A stretch of DNA of 64,000 bases from positions 2,058,540 to 2,122,539 of the forward strand of contig NW_019091359.1 in the NCBI RefSeq assembly GCF_001949145.1, in the 5' to 3' direction. The notes beneath the pieces were generated by a model. It made no database searches. It was not told the origin of the DNA and worked only from the letters and a program-made list of their open reading frames with translations. Made by a program: the position numbers and the translations under genes. The stretch is from Acanthaster planci. Lineage: Eukaryota. This document shows positions 56,716 to 64,000 of this stretch, piece after piece; the stretch's first letter is position 1; every line of letters starts with the position of its first letter.

Positions 56716-58242
56716 AGAGTAAATGCGCCAGGCCAAGCATGCCGGCGATTGCTGATTTGGTTTGTTGGCTGGCTTTTACCTACCATTCAACCAGACTACG
56801 AAGCTGTATATTAGAGTGATATAAACTCAGTGTGTACTGTATTAATTAATTATTAAGGATATGGCACGGAGCACGTTCAGGCATGTCAGGTCGGTAAATA
56901 CAAGGGCAGTAGCAGCTGTAGATCGGACGTCCGCAGGACTCCTCCTGGGAGTGCCTCGGATGGGAATGGAGCTTGGCAGGCCATGTATTCATGTAGCTTC
57001 AGCTGACTCATGTCACAGTTGGATGGAGATAAGACAATACTTATCTCATACTTGCAACTTGTGAATTTTAACTCATACGTTCCATTTGTATCTCATATGT
57101 AAAGCGTACGAATCTCAATGCATGCTTGAAACACTACAACTCCTAGTCATACAAATTTCCCACAGTAGCATATTCAGTGCACAGAAACCCTACCCCCCCA
57201 ATCTTCACCTCCCTTTGTGCTTTATCCCCTACAACTGGAATTTTTTGGAAAAGGAAAGAATATAGATTCTGAAGATAAAAAGACATGTTGCCTCCTCCCC
57301 TGCCCCATTGCATCTGGTGCCCCCTTCCCCCATTATGAAAATGCTGGCTACAGCACTTACATTCAATCACCAGACTTAATGGTCAGGACTTCTCAGTATA
57401 ATTAAGTCGCACTGGGCAAATTGTTAGTCGGGCATTACTGCACCAGGTGTATAGCTCAATTTTTTCCAGGGTAGGTGACACACTTGCAGGCATCCCCTTG
57501 AAACAGCAATCCTGACAAGTTGCTAGCTGAGGGCAGCACGCTCTCAGATTCTACGTGTACATGAGTCATTTAGGATTAACTTTCAGGAAGTAGGATAAGC
57601 AACTAGGCATCTGTCGGCTTGTGTCTGTCAACTTGCGTCAGCAACTTCTAAGGGCATACATGTACATGTCTGTGCAGCCTGTTGAAAATTGTGATCTTCC
57701 TGTTTGTACACGTTGTTTGTACAAACATGTATGGTACATGTATCAAAGTTACGTGTACATGAACCAGCACATGCATGTACAGGTCGGTCGTTTGTTGGTG
57801 GTGATCTTGGCTTCAGAAGCTATGGAAGACAAAGGAAAGTTTATCTTCAGGGTGCATGTCAAAGTCCACTGTATTGTCATTATCGTGAGATATTGATAAA
57901 CAGCAGGAAGGTTTCTTTGTACATGTTGTCATATACATGTATCTTACCAGTTGCGCTGTGACAGTGGCTTGTATGTACATGTACATGTAGAGTGGAGTCC
58001 CTAACATGGTGCTTTTTGATGGCCTACGTGTATTTTGACTTCCCTCAAATAATGTTGCCTGACTGGTTTTAGTAAGTGAATTCAAGATTTTTACACTGGT
58101 GTATGTTACCTCACCAGAAGTTTACTGTGTAAGGTTTGGGTACTACAGCAAGGTGTCTCCTGAAAACCCCAAATGTACCATGTGAAAGAAAGCACCAGTC
58201 ATAGTGCCACCGTATAATTCTAAAGTGATCTCTCCTGATGTT

Positions 58243-58250
58243 CCACGTCA
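58243..58250 (-). promoter_or_regulatory. UPRE consensus octamer (XBP1-type)
   Basis: CCACGTCA on + = TGACGTGG on -; about 45 bp before the first coding exon of the TTC41-like gene. Confidence 0.3.
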
Positions 58251-58353
58251 TTTTGCATCTTCCATACTAAAGCCCTGTCATTTTTCACACAGATGGACAT
58301 AAAAGGCCTGTGTGGTTGATCTGGTGAAAGTTGTCTCTATTTGGCCTGTCATC

Positions 58354-58950
58354 ATGCCAGAATTTGGTCGGTCACCCCTCAGACGCAGTCTGAGCAGCAT
58401 CGGACGTCAAGTCTCCTACCGCCAGCCTGTCCGACCCTTCATCTCCTCCACCTTTTTGGACTTCTCCGAGGAGCGGGATCACCTGGTCAAGCGCATCTTC
58501 CCCCAACTCCACAGCCTGTGCCATCAGCGTGGCAGCCACTTCAGCCCTGTGGACCTACGCTGGGGCATCAACGAGGAGCAGTCCCAGTCGGGCCATGTGA
58601 TCTCGCTCTGCCTGGACTACGTCAATTCCTGCAGCCCCTTCTTTATCTGCCTCCTCGGGGAGCGGTATGGCTCCCACCGGCCTCAAGACGCCAAGCCACT
58701 GCAGCCGGGCACTGACATGGACAAGAAGGACCTTACTTGGTTGGACAAGAACTACCTCGTAGCAGCAGCCAATGGCCACAACTGGGTCCTCCAAGAAGCA
58801 TATCAGTGTTGCAGCGTGACTGAATTGGAGATAATTCAAGCAGCATACCTAAACGACAGTCAATATTGCAGGTTCTACTTTAGGGACGTCAGGCACATCG
58901 AGGACAAGTTCACTGATCTGTCACAGGTAGAAAGAGAGGGCCAATTACAG
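58354..58950 (+). CDS. TTC41: TTC41-like first coding exon (DUF4062)
   Basis: Acceptor cacag| at 58292, ATG at 58354, donor CAG|gtagga after 58950 (alternative in-frame donor after 58926). Confidence 0.85.
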
Positions 58951-61154
58951 GTAGGAAACAGCTTGGATTTTGATGGCTGACTTTATAATGAGTTGCACTT
59001 ATTGCCAGCTTGCACCCACTCGAGGTATTTAACATTCATATGCAATTAAAGTCCCTTCCTTTCCTCTGTTGTCTTGCTTCACACATTCAGGCATATCGCA
59101 GTGAGAATGCAAAGACCGAGTTGCTTGTGCGTGATCTTAAGAGGAGACTCGTCAACAAGGGCCTACCAGTGCGATTTTTCCGGACGACAGAAGAACTGGG
59201 CGAGAAAGTGTTGCAGGATTGGAAGTCCATCATTGACCAGTTGTTTCCCCCACTGCATGATGTCACAAGTGATGTAGGTAAGAATTAAATGCATGTTTCA
59301 GTGAATGAGGCTGAAGGTATCCAGTTTTTTATTTGTATTTAACTATTTTAACAGTTTCTGCCGTTGTTGTGAAGGTTGAGGTGAAGAAATGTAGACATGG
59401 TGAACTAGTTTCCTTTGACACTTTGAAAAAAAAAAGTTCTTACAGGGACTTAGGTATGAACTTCCACAGTCCAACATGACTTACCAATAAGTGACTGCCT
59501 AATTTAGAAAAATCAGATTGAAATGGAGATAAACATTGTTTTTTCTTTTATATTTAGTTGAAGCAGGCAGTCAGCTTAACATTTCATTAAAAGATACAAG
59601 CAAAATAAATTTAACATCTTAAGCATTTGAAAAATGTAAACAATAAATTTGTTACAGATATACTAATGTTATGGATATGAATTGGAATTTTTTTCCCCAT
59701 CTATTTCTGATATTTTTTTAGATTTCTCTCACAAGAAATATTTTACATAAAGGGTAAGACTTTGAGTTACTTAAAAACAATACGGTTGATGTGACAGCTT
59801 CACTAGTCCTCTTCTTTTTGTCACAGATAGTGAGCAGTTCCATGAATGGATGGCCCATGAGGCATATGCCGAGACACGACGCCGTGTCTTTGTCCAAACC
59901 TCTCACATCAGTGAGTTATTTGAACAGCTAGATGCCCACGGAATTCTGGCACTTGAAGAAGAACTCAAGGATTGTAAGGTGCAACAAGAAGGGTGTGGCT
60001 CTGTGAATGGGACAGTGAAAGGAAGAAAACCCATGTAAGAACCCAGTGAAGATTCCTATTATAAAACACAGGGGTGTCGTTTCTCAGGATTTTTCCAGAT
60101 TTCACGATTCTTGACCAAAAATGGAGGATGATTAAGATGTGATCAGTCACGTTTTGCTATGTTTTAATATTTGGGTTTATAAAGTGTAAGATTCATCACA
60201 TAACCATATAGACATTTATGAAAGAAAGAAGTTTCTAAAAATATATTTTTTCATAAACGGAAGTTTAAAATCTCATGTGGCAACAACTACACGTATGTTT
60301 ACAAAAATATCAGCAAGAAAAAAGAGTTGCGAATCCATTCACCATCTTGGAAAAATGGTAGCCATCATAGAAAAAAGAAAGCAAGAAGGGTTGCCTCTTA
60401 CACTCAAAACCCTGAGGAGAAGCTTTTTATACCCAGCCTTATTGTATTGAAGTATAAAGCATGCACGCCTAGACCCTTGTCACTGATGTACTCCAAGCAG
60501 AGAGATCCCAGTCTGATTGGAAATACAAATAGACCGAAGGTTCAGTTTATTACCATGACTGTCAAAGGCAGTACCAATCACACAGGTTTCCACACTGATT
60601 ACAGAATCAGAAGTGATAAGTTTAGCACAATTCAAACAGTGTTCAGAGGTTCCGTTGAATTTGCAGGTACCATGTTAGAAATTAATATGAAATCGTAGAG
60701 GGCTTGCATTTTAAAAAATGTAATATTTTCAGGGAGAATTTGTAAAACTTTAGGTCGTGCACAAAATAGAATGCATGAAATAAAATACATGCTGCGGGAG
60801 AATGTGCTTGCATGGGGCAGATTTGGCCTGCTACCCACTCGCCCCAAACTTTTCCACTATTTGACTTCTTAATCACTTGCCGTTCCTTGGTCCCATGCAT
60901 TAAGACACTAATTCATAAATCCCCTTTTTTCCTCATCAGTGAATCAGTTCAACCAGTCCGTTCATCCATCCTGACTCTAGTCGGGGAGCGAGGTTGCGGC
61001 AAGACCGCCATTGTCGCCAATTGGGTCCAACATTTCAAGAAGAGCAGCCCGGGACTGCGCGTCCTCGCCCACTTTGTCGGCAGCAGCGCCCTCAGTACAG
61101 ACATCACCAGTTTTCTGCGTCGAGTCACCTACGAACTTCGTGGGGAATTCGTCG
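58354..61154 (+). CDS. TTC41: TTC41/GNN-like protein (DUF4062 + NACHT/STAND-type P-loop NTPase), 3'-partial; exons 58354-58950, 59091-59277, 59827-60034, 60940-61154
   Basis: DUF4062 motifs PFISSTFLDFSEER, VDLRWG, CSPFFICLLGERYG and SVTELEI (as in TEP1/NWD-type proteins), followed by Walker A GERGCGKT and HFVGSS. Exons are frame-compatible, and an in-frame TAA at 58300 lies upstream of the ATG. The TTC41 call rests on this architecture plus the position head-to-head with HSP90B1; no TPRs are visible in the window. Confidence 0.8.
59091..59277 (+). CDS. TTC41: TTC41-like exon
   Basis: ttcag|GCA...GTA G|gtaaga; AYRSENAKTELLVRDLKRRLVNKGLPVRFF...LFPP. Confidence 0.85.
59827..60034 (+). CDS. TTC41: TTC41-like exon
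   Basis: tcacag|AT...CCC AT|gtaaga; SEQFHEWMAHEAYAETRRRVFV; the 3' boundary was chosen for phase compatibility. Confidence 0.75.
60940..61154 (+). CDS. TTC41: TTC41-like exon with Walker A P-loop
   Basis: catcag|T GAA...GTC G|gtgagt; ILTLVGERGCGKTAIVANW...AHFVGSS. Confidence 0.87.
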
Positions 61155-61507
61155 GTGAGTACAACAGAAATAGGAAGATCCATCTTTCATGTGAGATGTG
61201 CCTATTGACAAATGCCAAGCCAGGTATATCCGAATCAAGTGGCTGCAATTGACAATAACATGCATGTCTATTGACATTGGATGTAGGTACTAGCTAGTAA
61301 CTTTCGTAATTGCAAGTGTTTCCATTATTTCAGCCGTAGCCGTAACACATTTAGACGTGGCTTCTGGTACTTCATTGGTGCATTTGCCAAGTGTCTAAAG
61401 CCATACAATAAAATACATCTTCTACTTTGACGTTTTCTGTAGAAGTTATGCAGTCAAGTCACTGGCCCAAATGACCCACAAAATTTTTTTACGGTTGTCA
61501 TCAGAAA

Positions 61508-63553
61508 AAGCACTGTCATTATATCGATACTATCGATATGGTTTTGATATCAATATCGCCAATGTTAGTTATTTGGTAATATCAATATATTGGAAATATG
61601 GGATTTGCGAGAAATACCAAAACTTAAAAAAAAATCGATATTGAAAAATGTATCAGAAATATCGCTACCGAGGAACTAAATGTACAGCGTGCTTTATACA
61701 CACGAGTTTGTACAAAAAACATTGTACCGCACTCTACATGTTCGTAACGATGCAAAAAATCATTGTACACCACATACATGTACATGTATCTTTTTACTTT
61801 TTCCCACATTTTATATGCTTTTGCAAGGCTTTGCCCTTAATTTTTTTTCTCACTTGCCAGCTGGACCAGCAGTGATGGCTTTTTACTAGTCCGCCAGCAT
61901 TTTTACTAGTCCGCGTCTTCCCCCAAATTTCAACATTCTTTTTGGCACTTGTGTTTTCTGCTCCAACATCATGCATAAGTGTGCACTCGGTGCTGACTGT
62001 TGTTTAATTGTTGATGAGTAATCATAAATGGTCATGGGAATCCGAGTTTCCAGAATATTCATGAGTATAACTCTACTCAAGCAGCAAATTAAACTCACAA
62101 AGTGGTTACCTGCTGAAAATGGTTCGTTTTATTCACAATGCAAGAGACAGAAAAAAAATATCATTATTAACAGTTTATGTACATGTATATGTACATTTTA
62201 TGCAGTATGCACATGTACATATGTACATGTACGCCCGGTGAAATGTACATACATCATTCTCAAGTGTGTCCAGTACCCGTGGGGTGCCTTCCACCAAATG
62301 GTTGTATCTTTCTGCATGTGGACTCATCAATATTTGGTGATCCCACGGGGTTTTTACAATAAGACATGCCATAATCAGGAAGGATCATAGAAATATTTCT
62401 GTAAATCCCAAATTTGGGACTGTTAATTTCCAGTTTGGGGTATTTCTTTCAAAAGTGGCAGGCGGCTAAATTCAGAGCTGAGGGCATAGTTTTACTACTA
62501 TTTTGGAGGTATCTTTGGGGAAAGGGGAATAAAAATAGTTTTCGTGGCTAACCCTCATAAAATTGAAACGAAAAGTGATCTTCTGGCCACAATCCTGAAT
62601 TTCCAGTGAAAAAAAGGGAGGCCAACCTCTTTCCAAGAGTTAACAGGCAGCACTATTTCGGTCTGATTTTGCAATGGTTTCTACTGGTGTGTATTTGGTG
62701 TAGTGCAACCCGTAGCGTGCGAACCAAACACGAAATCACAACCATGATATCGCTGGTGTCACAACTACCAAGGACAAATCAGAAAAATCAGCACACCATA
62801 CACAATCCGCACGTTATACGCGTGGGATGCATATTCATGACTTCCATGTACCTCTACGATGCAATGCATGAAAGCACGTGCTGATTTAGATCTTGTACGC
62901 AGAACCGAGGTCAAGTCAGGGGTTGTTGAGATGTACCGGCCACATACGGCATGTCATACGCGCGATTACGCCGCAAAGTCGTTGCGGAACGAAGTTTCAG
63001 ACGATTTACTGCCGCTGCATTCGTAGACTTCAGCATTACTTCTGCTGGGCTGGTGCCAGGGACCAAACTATTCTTGGTTGCAAAAGGTTCTGTTTTATTT
63101 GGTTCAAAAACCAGCAGCAGCTAGAGGGCATGCATCACAATCAATGATTTCGCTGCTTATTTCAGAATATTGTTTTACTAGACCGCCGGACTACTCAGAC
63201 GAGGGCTTTCGCTAGACCGCCATGGTTTTTACTCAAATTTGGCTAGCGGACCAGCGTTAAGGTCGAACCCCGTTTTGTGAAGAGTAAAATAACAAATCAA
63301 AGGTAAAATTGCTGACTGCTATTCTTAGCCTCAAAAATGGACACTTTTATTTCATGTTTCTAGTTGTATCGCAGCAACTGCGATTCATTAAAAAAGTGTG
63401 TAGCAACGTGGCTGAAAATGTATCGCGAATCGCGATGCAGTGCTGGCAATATTATTTCTTGCCTTGAAAATGAAATAAATGAATATGGATATATCGATAT
63501 TTTTAAAAAACGATATAGCGGTATCGGCCAAAATACGATATCGACAGTGCCTG
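61508..63553. mobile_element. Probable nested non-autonomous DNA-transposon relics in a TTC41-like intron
   Basis: Outer ATCG-rich ends (gcactgtc...atatcg / cgatatcgacagtgc). Inner element about 61825-63272 with ends caaggctttgcccttaa / ttaaggtcgaaccccg and repeated ttactag(t/a)ccgcc motifs at both ends. Confidence 0.45.
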
Positions 63554-64000
63554 CAGCAGCACATGCAATAACAGTTGGTCAACTTATGTATAACTGCCAT
63601 TTTTTTGTAACTCCAATTTGTAGTATATATCTTGGAACACATGTCAGTAACTGAGTATCGTAATACGGGTCATATTGTTAGAAAGTGTCATCTTCAGAGC
63701 TCTTCCTTGAACAGGCATATCAGTCCCATCACTGTGTCCTTTTTTATCATGGGATATCTTGTTGATAAATAAACAATTTTCGGTTGTGAACACATGGATT
63801 GAGAAAGGACAAATTATTCTCCTAAACAGACATGTATCTAATAATCATTTTCATTATTGACTTCAAGTTTTTTGATGCCATCTGTTTCGTGACTACATGT
63901 AAATCAACAGGTTAGAATGGTGTTACGAATGTTTTCTGTATTGCCACACCCAGACCATTTCTGAACAACATTTTGTTGTGTTTCTGACTCAGCTCTGTCC

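Noticed and set aside
57650..57990. Dense TACATGTA / GTAC repeats
   Set aside because: The motif is scattered throughout the window as background low-complexity sequence.
58312..58353. GTG start at 58312 given by the ORF track
   Set aside because: Eukaryotic context; the first in-frame ATG is at 58354.

Overview
Spliced eukaryotic (invertebrate-like metazoan) genomic DNA with GT-AG introns, many small MITE-like relics and one 268-N assembly gap. Three protein-coding genes were assembled by hand from splice sites and reading-frame continuity. (1) The 3' part of a PDZRN3/PDZRN4 (LNX3/4-type) gene on + has 7 exons (2831-33785) and ends in the PDZ-binding tail -LLNVTTV. (2) A complete endoplasmin/GRP94 gene (HSP90B1) on - has 18 coding exons (54519-39280, about 808 aa, signal peptide to KDEL). 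(3) The 5' part of a TTC41/GNN-like DUF4062 + P-loop (NACHT/STAND-type) gene on + starts at 58354 and runs off the window. The most interesting feature is the head-to-head GRP94/TTC41-like pair, the same arrangement as mammalian HSP90B1 and 'Grp94 neighboring nucleotidase'. Its shared upstream region has two perfect, oppositely oriented ERSEs, one variant ERSE and two perfect UPRE octamers on the TTC41 side. HSP90B1 introns also hold a 55-bp-arm hairpin, a 47-bp minisatellite, several MITEs and a palindromic element with a degenerate hammerhead-like core. No rRNA, tRNA or CRISPR was recognised. Family assignments rest on recalled motifs, not database searches.
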